From a virus (lineage: Duplodnaviria; Caudoviricetes): a DNA stretch of 64,000 bases. The notes beneath the pieces are model-generated. The model had not been told where the DNA came from. It ran no database searches and saw nothing but the letters and a program-made list of their open reading frames with translations. Positions 1 to 9,526 of this stretch are shown piece by piece; positions within the stretch are counted from its first letter, which is position 1, and each line of letters begins with the position of its first letter. The translations under genes were made by a program, and so were the position numbers. Location of the stretch: IMG/VR virus record IMGVR_UViG_3300037423_000960, positions 9,473 through 73,472 of that record; one strand, 5' to 3'.

Positions 1-28
1 TCGAGGGTGTAACGAAAGCTACTCCGTA

Positions 29-832
29 ATGGGAAGACCTCCTGCGAAGACTAGAACTTTCCGCTTCTGTCCTTCTTGCGGGACTGATCTCGAGTCGTTA
101 GAGCCGATACGCTTCAAGGATCTCTACGCGGATCCGTTAGGAGACACTTACTGGAGGGGGCGGGAAGTATCTCTCACTCCGACCGAGCGTATCTTAGTCA
201 ACACTCTTCTGACGGGTCAGCCCTCGGGCGGATACAAGAGAGGACGCGGAGATCGAGGCTTCTTCGTGAACTCGATCGTTCTGTGTGAGAGGGCCGGAAT
301 CCTAGCGGATAGTTTGGCCCCGATGCTTTCTAGAATTCGTGGGAAGTTCAAGCAGGTAGATCCTGACTTTGATCATATAGAGTCGGACTACAAGCACGGA
401 TATCGCTGGTCAGAGATTCACATTAAGCGACAGATAGCTGCCTTCTATCCCAACTTCGTACTGTACGACAATCAGGAACTCATCTGGCGACAGGTCTATC
501 GCGTCCATCTCAGCGCTAAGGAGAGCGAGGTGATGCGAGTTCTGATGGAAGCCAAAGGCGAGCCGAGAAGATGGCAGCAGTTAGATGCCGAGTTAGGTTT
601 CGGAGAAGATAACACGAAGAAATTGGTCTATCTACTTCGTGCCAAGTTCGAGAAGACAGATCCCAGCGCTAAGGCGATACATAGTCATCGAAATGAAGGC
701 TACCGACTAGTCGCTCCTAATTTCCAGCCTGCCTTAACAGCTCGTCAGCACAGCTGCCGCAGAGGACAGCTAGCGCGGAGAAGTCCCACCTTGCAGCGTG
801 AGACCGATGCTGCTAAGGTTGGCAAGCGTTAA
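29..832 (+). CDS. Transcriptional regulator: N-terminal CxxC knuckle plus two tandem OmpR/PhoB-type winged-helix DNA-binding domains
   Basis: FCPSCG, then two Trans_reg_C-like units (VSLTPTERILVNTLL...IESDYKHGYRW; VHLSAKESEVMRVLMEAKGEP...IHSHRNEGYRL); no receiver domain. Confidence 0.7.
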   Translation: MGRPPAKTRTFRFCPSCGTDLESLEPIRFKDLYADPLGDTYWRGREVSLTPTERILVNTLLTGQPSGGYKRGRGDRGFFVNSIVLCERAGILADSLAPMLSRIRGKFKQVDPDFDHIESDYKHGYRWSEIHIKRQIAAFYPNFVLYDNQELIWRQVYRVHLSAKESEVMRVLMEAKGEPRRWQQLDAELGFGEDNTKKLVYLLRAKFEKTDPSAKAIHSHRNEGYRLVAPNFQPALTARQHSCRRGQLARRSPTLQRETDAAKVGKR

Positions 833-842
833 CAAGGCGAGG

Positions 843-1106
843 ATGCCCGTTTACGTGGATCAGGCCGAGAACGGCTTCGGAAGAATGAAGATGTGTCACA
901 TGATAGCTGACACGTTGGAGGAACTTCACGCCATGGCCGAGAGAATCGGCATGAGACGTGAGTGGTTCCAGCCCAAGTCGTTCCCTCACTACGACGTCGC
1001 GAAGGGTAGACGCCAGCAGGCGATCAGTCTCGGAGCTATCGTCTGCGATCGTAGAACCTTCGTAGGGCATCTCAGGAGGATACGAACGAGTGCTAACCTG
1101 GGATAA
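843..1106 (+). CDS. DUF4031-family protein
   Basis: MPVYVD...MCHMIADTLEELHAMAERIGMRREWFQ...HYDV...R..AI..GA pattern; start moved to ATG at 843. Confidence 0.8.
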   Translation: MPVYVDQAENGFGRMKMCHMIADTLEELHAMAERIGMRREWFQPKSFPHYDVAKGRRQQAISLGAIVCDRRTFVGHLRRIRTSANLG

Positions 1107-1452
1107 GCGTAAGCTCAAGAATCCAGAGCCCTGCAAGGAGTGTCCCTTCAGAAAGAAGTCTCTACCTGGATTCCTCGGCGGTCACCCGTTGGAGCCGTAT
1201 CGCCAGCCTCCAAGTGTAGGGATGCCCACGAGTTGCCATTGTACGGATCATGGTGCAGACGACGAGAGGACCGGTTTCTGCGCGGGATCTTTAGCTGTGA
1301 TTGCTAATGATCCCGATGTTCAACCTCTTCTCGAGTATAAGGAAGCCTGCGAAAGAGTCGGCCCACGTGAGGATTGCTTCGACTCTTTAGAAGACTTTGC
1401 ACGATATCACGAAGGTGCCGACGAGTTCGCCGCCCGCTGTAGGAGATTTTAA
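1090..1452 (+). CDS. Cys-rich hypothetical phage protein
   Basis: PCKECPFRK, CHCT and FCAGSL motifs suggest metal binding; overlaps upstream gene end. Confidence 0.6.
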   Translation: MLTWDKRKLKNPEPCKECPFRKKSLPGFLGGHPLEPYRQPPSVGMPTSCHCTDHGADDERTGFCAGSLAVIANDPDVQPLLEYKEACERVGPREDCFDSLEDFARYHEGADEFAARCRRF

Positions 1453-1454
1453 GA

Positions 1455-1721
1455 ATGCGGAGTACTTTCCTAGTTGTCTTGGGACTACTGTCAGGGTATC
1501 CCACAATGGCGGCGGCGGCGCAGGACAGTCTCACTCTTCGTGAGGAATGTACTCGCGATCGCTGCGTCTACTACCACGGCTCCACGAGGGAGTTCTCGGT
1601 AGAGAAGGAGTATCAAACCGATCGTCTCGTGGTACGGAATGGACAGCGAGATATCGTAGCGAAGATTACGAGGCAAGACAATGGAACTGTCAAAGTTGAG
1701 AGAGCTCGTCGGCGACGGTAA
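1455..1721 (+). CDS. Secreted or periplasmic hypothetical protein
   Basis: Signal-peptide-like N-terminus (MRSTFLVVLGLLSGYPTMAAAAQ); starts 2 nt after upstream stop. Confidence 0.55.
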   Translation: MRSTFLVVLGLLSGYPTMAAAAQDSLTLREECTRDRCVYYHGSTREFSVEKEYQTDRLVVRNGQRDIVAKITRQDNGTVKVERARRRR

Positions 1722-1944
1722 GATCGCTGCGGTGACATTCATCAAGCGATCGAATGGGGAGGAGCGAAAGATGCTCTGCCGCACCGGCGTCAAGAAGGGC
1801 GTGACAGGTCGCGGTGCTGCCTACGATCCAGCCACCAAGAATCTGCTGACCGTCTTCGACATGGAGAAGCAGGCGTTCCGCACAATCCCGGCCGAGAATG
1901 TCGTGGAGATCCATGCGCGGAAACATCACTACAACTTCAGGTAG
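1681..1944 (+). CDS. SH3-like beta-barrel (DUF2693/WYL-like) phage protein
   Basis: VTFIKRSNGEERKMLCRTG...LTVFDMEKQAFRTI pattern. Confidence 0.65.
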   Translation: MELSKLRELVGDGKIAAVTFIKRSNGEERKMLCRTGVKKGVTGRGAAYDPATKNLLTVFDMEKQAFRTIPAENVVEIHARKHHYNFR

Positions 1945-2031
1945 GCTGCTGATGCTTGCTCAAGGAGGCGGGGCAGGCTACATAGGGGCTAGGGCGCAAC
2001 CGCGCCCCTCTTGCTGCTTGCCGCACAAGAT

Positions 2032-2075
2032 GAGACCCGCCGACACGGCCCTCGACCTCCTGGTCGGCGGGTCTC
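2032..2075. terminator. 13-bp inverted repeat, probable terminator or structured element
   Basis: GAGACCCGCCGAC (2032-2044) and GTCGGCGGGTCTC (2063-2075), intergenic. Confidence 0.5.
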
Positions 2076-2091
2076 TAAATAGGAAGTTATC

Positions 2092-2388
2092 TTGCGAGCA
2101 ATTCTGATAAACCCCGACTTCTCCAAGATCGACGAGATTGAGGTAACTCTAGAAGGCGAACTTCCCATCTATCAGAGTGAGACCTATGCGCCTCACTGGA
2201 TAGTCTCACAGACCTTACAGGGCCACGTCGGTCTAGTGAGTGAGAATGGAATCGTCGAGAAGAAACGCCTCTGGTATTTTCGCAATGTCCACATCTGGGG
2301 GCCGATGCTGATCGTCGGAGAATCTTCGCAGGGCTACGCAGACGCTTCTGTGAGCGTCGAGAAGGTGCGGGGCCTAGTGCGGCTGTAG
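2092..2388 (+). CDS. Hypothetical protein, last gene of the rightward block
   Basis: 98-aa ORF with AGGAAG upstream; converges on the leftward block. Confidence 0.55.
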   Translation: MRAILINPDFSKIDEIEVTLEGELPIYQSETYAPHWIVSQTLQGHVGLVSENGIVEKKRLWYFRNVHIWGPMLIVGESSQGYADASVSVEKVRGLVRL

Positions 2389-2501
2389 CGGGCGGCGGAC
2401 ACTGCTCGAGAGGCCATTTTACAAGCTCTCTGAGTACGTTAGCGGCAGGGCTGGTGGGCTGGCCCACGGCCAACCGCACCACAGAAACCTCAAAACAACA
2501 T

Positions 2502-3341
2502 CTATTTTGTACGAATCGTCCAACGATCGTCGGCGAGGTTCTCGTCGGCTGCGAAGCGCAGGTCTAGATACCCGTAGCCGCTGTCACCCCACGAACTATC
2601 CCAGCTATTCGCGAAAATGAGCACCTGCTCCGGAATGGCGCTGAGAGGAATACCCGCCGTGACGAATTTATGAGCGGTGTCAGACTCGCGGAACTTTAGA
2701 TCATAGCCACCGTACTGAAGAGCGTGACCACCTTCCATAGTCTCGCCGGCTTCGGGATACGGAATAATGCCAGTGCGATCGGCGAGCGAGGTGAACATAG
2801 AGCTGTAGCACGAGATGCCCATCACGAAACCGTGACCAGAGGCCAGACACGCGATCATCTCCTCGACACTCGGGCCAACGCGAATGTACTGACCGAACTT
2901 CTTGCGAGCGGCGTCCTTATCGGCCTTAGCGGAGGGATCCACGAAAACGTTCTTAGGTTCGTCCGGCCAGAGTTTCTCGGTCGGGACGCCGTAGCTGTTC
3001 ACGACCTTAGCTCCGTCCCGAATGTAGGCACCCGCGTCGATGTCACACTCTCCGTTCAGCCGACGCTCCTCGTAGTAGATTGCGAGAGCCGATTGTTCCA
3101 CCAGTTTTCGCTCACGTTCTGCCTCACGAGCCCACGCCTGACCAGTGCAGCTACCGAATTGTCCCTGATTCTTGATGCGCGGCTTGCGAAAGCGCGGAAC
3201 TTCGAAACGCACAGGCGGAGTCTTGGAGAGTTCCTCCTTGCCATGCGGTGTCATGCTATAGCGATAGTCCCGAAAGTCGGGAAGATCAGGACGCCACCCT
3301 AGACCACGATTTGTCTTGACGTGAAGGATCGGTGCTGTCAT
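2502..3341 (-). CDS. Papain-like C1A cysteine peptidase (xylellain-like)
   Basis: GLGWRPDLPDFRDY N-terminus; catalytic QGQFGSC, GGHA and FANSWDSSWG motifs; start at ATG 3341. Confidence 0.88.
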   Translation of the reverse strand: MTAPILHVKTNRGLGWRPDLPDFRDYRYSMTPHGKEELSKTPPVRFEVPRFRKPRIKNQGQFGSCTGQAWAREAERERKLVEQSALAIYYEERRLNGECDIDAGAYIRDGAKVVNSYGVPTEKLWPDEPKNVFVDPSAKADKDAARKKFGQYIRVGPSVEEMIACLASGHGFVMGISCYSSMFTSLADRTGIIPYPEAGETMEGGHALQYGGYDLKFRESDTAHKFVTAGIPLSAIPEQVLIFANSWDSSWGDSGYGYLDLRFAADENLADDRWTIRTK

Positions 3342-3346
3342 GGAAG

Positions 3347-5335
3347 TTACTCCGCTGCGATGGGTATGTTCTTCTCGACGATCTCGCACATATTGCCGAC
3401 ACAGGCAAACTCGCGAGTTCCTTCTACGGTGTCGACTCCCTTCTCGTAGAGCTCCAGCTTCGTCCAGTCTATGTCGTCTGGAATGGAGCTGGCGAGAATT
3501 TCGTAAACCTTCTTGTCGATGGTCTCGTACGGAAGCTGAGTGTAGACGCTATCGTTCTCAAAGTGTGGGAGGAAGCTGACGCCCGCGAGATGATCGAAGT
3601 TCTTGTAGACCCAACCGCCGACTTCCGGCCACTCTTCTTCACGAACACTGATGGTGCAGCTCACAGCATGCTCGGACCAGTTGAGGTTGTACAGCTTGAC
3701 CAGCTCGAGATGCTCTAGGGCCGTGACCTTGTCGCGAGTAACGGTGGACTCGGCCAGCTTAGTTGGAAAGCTGAACACCGTCATATCCTGCGGCCTACCG
3801 TCGTGAGGCTCGTTAGGAACACCCATGTCGGACATGAAGATCGTAACTGGATCCTTGTTGTCCTGCGAGATTCTTCGGATATAGTGCGGCGCGTGACCCT
3901 GATGGATACCCGATGAACAGAGTACGAGCTGACTGACTGTACCGCTCGGCTTGATCGTAGTCACGGCAACGCTCGGCGAGATACCGATATTCATAGCGTG
4001 GATGCGATTATGCTTGATGGCAGTGGCCTTCATGCGCTGAAGTTCACTAGCTAGCTGAGGAAGACCCTTGTCACCACGCATGAGAGGATTGTCGTAGACG
4101 CCGGTGAGACTCACGCCAAGAAGCCGTTCTTCCTCGGCGTTAACTTTCCATTCGGGCTCAACAAAGCTGAAGCGCGTCTGAGTTGACTGCCACGTACCGA
4201 GAATACTCGCAAGACGAATCTTATCGCGAATCTCTCCGGCGCTGTCCTTTTCGCGAAGTACTACCTCGCTGAGATTGCAGAGGCCGCGCGGACGTAGGAT
4301 GATCTCACCACAGGGATTAGTCCCGAACTCGTATCTATGATCGCGACGCCCAAGATTCTGAATCTTCTCCACAGCGCCGTAGCGATTGTAGATGCCGCGT
4401 TCGCCAGACTTAGAGTTGTAGAGAGCCAACCACTCCTCCATGAATTGACCGACCTCTGGCTTCTCGGTATAGGCGACAGAGTTGTTGGCGAGAGCTAGAT
4501 GCGGCTTGTCTTGGATCCAGCCGCCTGACTTGGCGTCACGCATACGAAGATCGCTCAGATTGCTGAGACTGATCTCCGCGCTGCGGCGAACTCCACCGAC
4601 TACGACGACCTCGCCCGTCTTGGTAGCGATCTCGTGGGCTTCGAGAGAGTTGAGCTTGCGACCAGCAGCACCCCTGAAGATGCGCACGGTAAAGCTGCAC
4701 AAATCTAGCAGTGGGGCAGGCCCGCTTGCGCGCCCTCCGAACGTTCTGAGGCGCTCCCCTGCTTTTCTGACTAGGCTGGTGTTAACCCTTGGCACCCGGC
4801 CCGCGTACAGGTGCTCGATGAGCTCTAAAAACGCCTGAGACCAGCCGAGCTTACTGTCCTGCACTACGATCTCGTCGGCGACGTTGGTGAACTCGTTCGG
4901 AACCTCCGGAAGCTGCTTGATGATCTGTCTCTCCACGGAGAACCCGACGCCAGTTCCACACATCAAGATGTAGAGAATCTCGGCGAAAGCTTTCGGGCGA
5001 TCGATCGGAAGATAGGCGCAGTTGAAGACGCTGATATTCTCACGCCGTGCTGCCTCTCCGGCGGTCATCATCGCTCGCATCGAGGGCATGATCGCTAGAT
5101 TGGAGACAGCATCCATCAGCTCAGAGCGAAGCTCCTGTGGAACCTTGTAGCCGTGATGTTCTTCGAGATCTTGTTCGAAATAATCGAAGTAGCGAGTGAC
5201 GGTTTCGTCCCAGTGCTCTCGCCGACCCTCCTGCTCTAGATATCTCGCGTAGCGCGACTTATGAATGAAATTCTGGTACGGGGTCGGGAGCTGCTTCTGG
5301 AGCATCCGTTGTGTTTCCTCTTGTTTGCTCGCCAA
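3347..5335 (-). CDS. nrdJ: Class II (adenosylcobalamin-dependent) monomeric ribonucleotide reductase
   Basis: FNCAY, VVVGGVRRSAEI, GTNPCGEI, TTIKPSGTVSQL and C-terminal ACVGNMC; no beta-subunit gene. Confidence 0.93.
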   Translation of the reverse strand: MASKQEETQRMLQKQLPTPYQNFIHKSRYARYLEQEGRREHWDETVTRYFDYFEQDLEEHHGYKVPQELRSELMDAVSNLAIMPSMRAMMTAGEAARRENISVFNCAYLPIDRPKAFAEILYILMCGTGVGFSVERQIIKQLPEVPNEFTNVADEIVVQDSKLGWSQAFLELIEHLYAGRVPRVNTSLVRKAGERLRTFGGRASGPAPLLDLCSFTVRIFRGAAGRKLNSLEAHEIATKTGEVVVVGGVRRSAEISLSNLSDLRMRDAKSGGWIQDKPHLALANNSVAYTEKPEVGQFMEEWLALYNSKSGERGIYNRYGAVEKIQNLGRRDHRYEFGTNPCGEIILRPRGLCNLSEVVLREKDSAGEIRDKIRLASILGTWQSTQTRFSFVEPEWKVNAEEERLLGVSLTGVYDNPLMRGDKGLPQLASELQRMKATAIKHNRIHAMNIGISPSVAVTTIKPSGTVSQLVLCSSGIHQGHAPHYIRRISQDNKDPVTIFMSDMGVPNEPHDGRPQDMTVFSFPTKLAESTVTRDKVTALEHLELVKLYNLNWSEHAVSCTISVREEEWPEVGGWVYKNFDHLAGVSFLPHFENDSVYTQLPYETIDKKVYEILASSIPDDIDWTKLELYEKGVDTVEGTREFACVGNMCEIVEKNIPIAAE

Positions 5336-5376
5336 GGGTACCAGCCTAGCCCAAATAACCCTCCAAAGACAAGGGC

Positions 5377-6807
5377 TTATGCGCCGACGAGAGGACGTAC
5401 ACCGCGCCGCCGAGACTTCTCTGCAAAGTGGTTGATAAGCTGCGAGAAAGCGTCCGGAATGTCGTCGTGGACTGCTGCCGGAAAGGTCAGCAACTCTTCC
5501 AAGAACTGAGGAACCCAGTCAGCTCTGCGAGGAATGAGAACACGCTTGGCTTCCATCGCAGGAATTGCCAGCTCAAAGCGCATCTGCTTGTCGCCGAGTT
5601 TCTGCGGCGCTACCGGGACGATGTTCTGACCAGAAGTACGAAGAACCTGAATCAGCGAAGTGCCGGTGCCCTTATTCTCAATGAGGACTAGGTGCGCGCC
5701 CATGTCTGAGTTGAAGCGAGGAACTTCTCGCATCAGTGTATGGAACTCCGCCTGTTTCCGATACATTCCCTTCAGCCAGAAGCGTCGAGTCTTCAGACCC
5801 ATTGCGGCTGCGAGACCTACGGTAAAGTCAGATCGCTCGTTGGCGGTACCAGCGGTGTCCCACGACACGATGTTAAGAAGAGGCTCGTCAGTGGGAAGAC
5901 GATCGTAGTATTCGAACCACTCACTCTTAACCTCACCCGTCTCGGCAGGGCGCGGATGTTGTTGGTACAGAGCATTCCACTCGTCGAGATTTCCGTCGGC
6001 AGACATGCCACCCTTGATCTCGAGTAGCTTGTCCACCGGATACATCTCAGGCCACAGGGCGTCGCCGTACTTACGACCAAGCTGATGCTCGAGTTCCAAC
6101 GTGGGGTCTTCGCAGATGGCCGGAAGGCTGATTAACTCGAACGGCTCGATCTCGCCACGCTCGGACTTCTTGAGAACTTCTCCAGTGAGATCGTCCTCGT
6201 GCCAACGAGTAGCGATAATGACGATGACGCCACCTGGGAGAAGTCGCGGTACCACGTCCACGAAGAACCATTCGGAGATCTTCTTTCTCTCAGTGGCTGA
6301 GTAAGCAACCAGCTTTGACTTGTAAGGGTCGTCCACGAGGATTAGGTTGGCGCGGCGACCGACGACCGTGCCGCCGACACCCGTCGTATAGTACTCGCCT
6401 CCGGCAGTGGTATCCCATCTATCCTTGGCGCGTGTGTCTGGGCTGATCTGTATCTCGAATAAACGGCGATACATCTCATTATTGATCAGGTTACGAACCT
6501 TAGCCCCGATCTCGGCGGCGAATGGCTGAGTGTGAGAAGCTGCGATAATCTTGTCTTGTGGACGATTGCCTAGCCAGAAGGCAGGAAAGTTGTGAGAGGA
6601 ATAGACGGACTTAGCGTGTGCCGGTGGCATCGCGATGATGAGACGTTTCTTGACACCGCGGAGCGCTGCGTCGAGAGCACGACATACGATTAGGTGATGT
6701 GGCGCAGGAGTGTGAATGTTCTCGGTTACGTAGGGAACGAAGTTCTCCATGTGCATCTTCGCCTCCTCTCGGCGAAGTAGCTCACGGATGATTGCTTCTT
6801 CGTTCAC
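5377..6807 (-). CDS. terL: Terminase large subunit
   Basis: IIAMPPAHAKS Walker A variant, LILVDDPYK Walker B, SWDTAG nuclease start and HDDIPDAFSQ end. Confidence 0.93.
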   Translation of the reverse strand: MNEEAIIRELLRREEAKMHMENFVPYVTENIHTPAPHHLIVCRALDAALRGVKKRLIIAMPPAHAKSVYSSHNFPAFWLGNRPQDKIIAASHTQPFAAEIGAKVRNLINNEMYRRLFEIQISPDTRAKDRWDTTAGGEYYTTGVGGTVVGRRANLILVDDPYKSKLVAYSATERKKISEWFFVDVVPRLLPGGVIVIIATRWHEDDLTGEVLKKSERGEIEPFELISLPAICEDPTLELEHQLGRKYGDALWPEMYPVDKLLEIKGGMSADGNLDEWNALYQQHPRPAETGEVKSEWFEYYDRLPTDEPLLNIVSWDTAGTANERSDFTVGLAAAMGLKTRRFWLKGMYRKQAEFHTLMREVPRFNSDMGAHLVLIENKGTGTSLIQVLRTSGQNIVPVAPQKLGDKQMRFELAIPAMEAKRVLIPRRADWVPQFLEELLTFPAAVHDDIPDAFSQLINHFAEKSRRRGVRPLVGA

Positions 6808-7310
6808 TAGATCTCACCATCGCGATCTTCAGCTTCCTGAGCCTCCACGGAGCCGGGAAGTGCCTCCTGTTTCGGAGCGGGGATAACGGCTCCAATCGTA
6901 GAGGCTAGTCGCCTACGAAGCTCGTCTGAAGTCAGTTTCGTAGGGTCGAGCTGCTTGGTGGGATCTGAGTCATCGCCCGCTGGCTTCGGATCATAGTGAC
7001 CCGCCGCCTTACCGAGCTGAGTCTCAGCGGCGAGAGCAACCTTGAAGTTGTCGTCGTCAAAGGCTGCGTTACGAATCTTCTTCAGAAAAGCCATGTGATC
7101 GGCTAGAGAATGCTCAGCAGACGTAGCCCTGTGCAGACGCACAATGTGACCTCGCGTCAGAGGATGCATGATCGCGTTAAGGTCAAAGCTGTCGACGCCG
7201 AGAATTCGCGCAATTCTCAGAGGATCCTTGTCACCCTTGACGTAAGCCTGCGCTAGTTCAAGCGCCTGCTCGTCAGTTAGCGTTGCTGCGGAGAACGCGA
7301 TAGAGTTCAT
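6807..7310 (-). CDS. terS: Probable terminase small subunit
   Basis: Stop overlaps terL start; LKKIRNAAFDDDNFKVALAAETQLGKAAGHY helical motif. Confidence 0.6.
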   Translation of the reverse strand: MNSIAFSAATLTDEQALELAQAYVKGDKDPLRIARILGVDSFDLNAIMHPLTRGHIVRLHRATSAEHSLADHMAFLKKIRNAAFDDDNFKVALAAETQLGKAAGHYDPKPAGDDSDPTKQLDPTKLTSDELRRRLASTIGAVIPAPKQEALPGSVEAQEAEDRDGEI

Positions 7311-7842
7311 AGGTAGCCCTTGCGTCGGCCATTGCGTCGTGCGCTCCAGAGAAACCCTTCGAGTCTACCAAGATCTGGTAGGCCTCTTGAAGAGAGGGCC
7401 ATTTGTAAGTTCCCGGTCGCTTTGGATTCGGCAGCTTGCAGAGCGGTACGGCCTCCTTCATCGTGCAGAAGCGCGGCTTCTTGAGATTGGCTCCCCTACC
7501 GCCTTCACGAAGCGTCGCCGTCATCATCATGTTGACGTCGAAGTCAATGTTGTGACCGACCAGAATGTCGGCCTTACCGGCGAAGCTATCCAAAAGCTGG
7601 CAGGCGCGGATGCGACTGATGCCTACGCGAGCAGTCATAGCGCGGTCGATGCGATGAACCTCGTAGGCCGCGTCGGGGATCTCGATGTCGGAGTGTACGA
7701 AGACGTTGATGGCACTGTAGACACGCTCTTCGTCGCAGAGCATGGCGCATAGCTGAACAACGTCGGGCTGATGCTCGGCTCCTGCCGGAGCGCGATAATC
7801 GTAGATTCCGGTGGTCTCGGTGTCGAAGAGACACGCAAGCAT
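7273..7842 (-). CDS. DEDDh 3'-5' exonuclease (DnaQ-like)
   Basis: FDTETTG, VGHNIDFD, KWPSLQEAY and GAHDAMADARA. Confidence 0.9.
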   Translation of the reverse strand: MLACLFDTETTGIYDYRAPAGAEHQPDVVQLCAMLCDEERVYSAINVFVHSDIEIPDAAYEVHRIDRAMTARVGISRIRACQLLDSFAGKADILVGHNIDFDVNMMMTATLREGGRGANLKKPRFCTMKEAVPLCKLPNPKRPGTYKWPSLQEAYQILVDSKGFSGAHDAMADARATYELYRVLRSNAN

Positions 7843-7881
7843 GGTGCCAACTTTCTAGTCTAACTCAGTCTAGACCAGAGA

Positions 7882-7910
7882 GCTCTAGCTCAGCACAGCT
7901 CAGTTGACAA
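7882..7910 (-). promoter_or_regulatory. Sigma70-like promoter
   Basis: CTTGTCA-N17-TAGAGC upstream of the exonuclease gene. Confidence 0.45.
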
Positions 7911-8171
7911 GTGGAGAATTGGGGAAAGCGAGGGTAACGAACTCTACGTCGCCAGAGCGCAATTCCCGCTGCGCCTCAGTCACCGACGGGACGGTGATAC
8001 CCTCGCGTCTCCCTCAGCAGTCATAAGCCTCGCGGACCTTAGACTAGCCTCGGGAAGAGAATAGGAAGCAGACTACTGTAGTTTCCACCCTAGAGTGGAG
8101 GCTTGTCGCGCGGTCTGCCAGCGCCGCCTAGCTGCTAGGTGCCACGGCCTAGCTCCCGGTGCAAGCGAAGA

Positions 8172-8687
8172 TTAGTCGCTGTGTGCATCCACCAAAGCTT
8201 CGTGCTGCGTGAACTTGTCGTCAGGATAGAAAGCAACCCAATAGTCGTTTTCTCCGGGAGTGAAGAATTCCACAGCAGGAGGATTATCTATCGTCATGCG
8301 CCAGTGTAGCTCACCGGGATGCTCGTAGTCAACTGATGTGTAGGCGTTCTTATTGTAGCCGTCGTAGCTCAGCTGAACTTGTTTGCTCGAACCATAGTCT
8401 TCTACGACGTGGACACGCGCAGGATGGACGTGTGCTGCTTTCTCACACTTGGGTCTGGACTTAGACTTGAGTGCTACGACGTAGAACTTCTGCCCGTCTT
8501 TGAACGAGCGAAGGCTGTGTCCTAACTTCATCTCACCCCACGGACTGTAGCGTGTGAAAAGTTTATCTTCGTCGGCCTTGGCGTAAGCCGCCATGAGATC
8601 GTTCTCGCACACGCAGGACAACTTACTCACACTCCCAGAGCCGAAGTTCAAGACACCATTCAACTGCATCTTCGCGATGACAGGCAT
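8172..8687 (-). CDS. Hypothetical protein with internal duplication
   Basis: 171-aa ORF with GGAG RBS; two similar halves (FTRYSPWGEMKL / YEHPGELHWRMTIDNP). Confidence 0.65.
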   Translation of the reverse strand: MPVIAKMQLNGVLNFGSGSVSKLSCVCENDLMAAYAKADEDKLFTRYSPWGEMKLGHSLRSFKDGQKFYVVALKSKSRPKCEKAAHVHPARVHVVEDYGSSKQVQLSYDGYNKNAYTSVDYEHPGELHWRMTIDNPPAVEFFTPGENDYWVAFYPDDKFTQHEALVDAHSD

Positions 8688-8801
8688 AGTCTATCTCCAT
8701 TGAGATTAATTGTGAGGAATCTCGTCTACGGAACTCGGACGCAGGGGCCGGAATGTTACGTCGGCGCGCTGCTCACGGGTCTGCCCGTCTGGCGAAGTTC
8801 T

Positions 8802-8830
8802 CACTTAGCAGCTCCGAGCCATGTTGACAA
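8802..8830 (-). promoter_or_regulatory. Sigma70-like promoter
   Basis: CTTGTCA-N17-TAAGTG upstream of the gene starting at 8687. Confidence 0.4.
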
Positions 8831-8834
8831 GTGA

Positions 8835-8990
8835 TCACCGAGTGTAACGCAGACCGGCGTCAGTGTCTATACAGCGGAGACACATTCGGCAGTTGATCTC
8901 AGGTTCGCGCGTCTGAAACAACTCGGGATGAGGCTTTCCGCAGCGAGCACGACCATCAGGAAGAATATAGTGAACTCGTGGGTACGTCAT
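8835..8990 (-). CDS. Small His/Cys protein (51 aa), possible zinc finger; not in the ORF track
   Basis: Hand translation MTYPRVHYILPDGRARCGKPHPELFQTREPEINCRMCLRCIDTDAGLRYTR; ATGA coupling to upstream gene. Confidence 0.55.
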   Translation of the reverse strand: MTYPRVHYILPDGRARCGKPHPELFQTREPEINCRMCLRCIDTDAGLRYTR

Positions 8991-9526
8991 ACGTCATGCT
9001 CCCAACCGAGCTCTCCGTAGAACATCGCACGGACATTAGGATCGTGAAGATTGTAGATAGGAATCTTGTGCGCCTCGGCGATACGGAGAGTCTGACCAGT
9101 TCCACCGGAAGCCTTTCCGTCCTTAGTCCAGCAGACTACGAACTTTGACGGAGTGTGACAGTCCGCTCCGAGAACCTGGAAGGTGTTGCGAGTGTGCATC
9201 TTTCTCGCACCCTCGGAGCAGGCCTCCCAGTTCGGATGAAACTTTTCGGCGATGCTACGAGCTTCTCCTAGTGCCAGCTTGGAGTCCGGAATTGTCTGAG
9301 GGCGACGCTCGAATCCGTGCCACGGTACGAAGATCTCCATCTGCACGAGAACTGGAGTACCGTACTCGAAGGCCTGATCTGCTCCCTTAGCTCCTCCGCT
9401 TCGTAGCGTGTAGCCGCGATCAGCTAGCATACGTGCGATGCCACGCATCAGACCGAGGATATTTCCAGGAGTCTCTCTACTACCGATCCCGGCGTAGGCG
9501 GCGTAGTCTTCAACCCTCTCGAACAC
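8987..9526 (-). CDS. SLOG-superfamily (DprA/YspA-like) nucleotide-binding protein
   Basis: YAGIGSRETP, LRSGGAKGADQAFE, RNTFQVLG and GGTGQTLRIA; GTG start with GGAGG RBS. Confidence 0.8.
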   Translation of the reverse strand: MFERVEDYAAYAGIGSRETPGNILGLMRGIARMLADRGYTLRSGGAKGADQAFEYGTPVLVQMEIFVPWHGFERRPQTIPDSKLALGEARSIAEKFHPNWEACSEGARKMHTRNTFQVLGADCHTPSKFVVCWTKDGKASGGTGQTLRIAEAHKIPIYNLHDPNVRAMFYGELGWEHDV

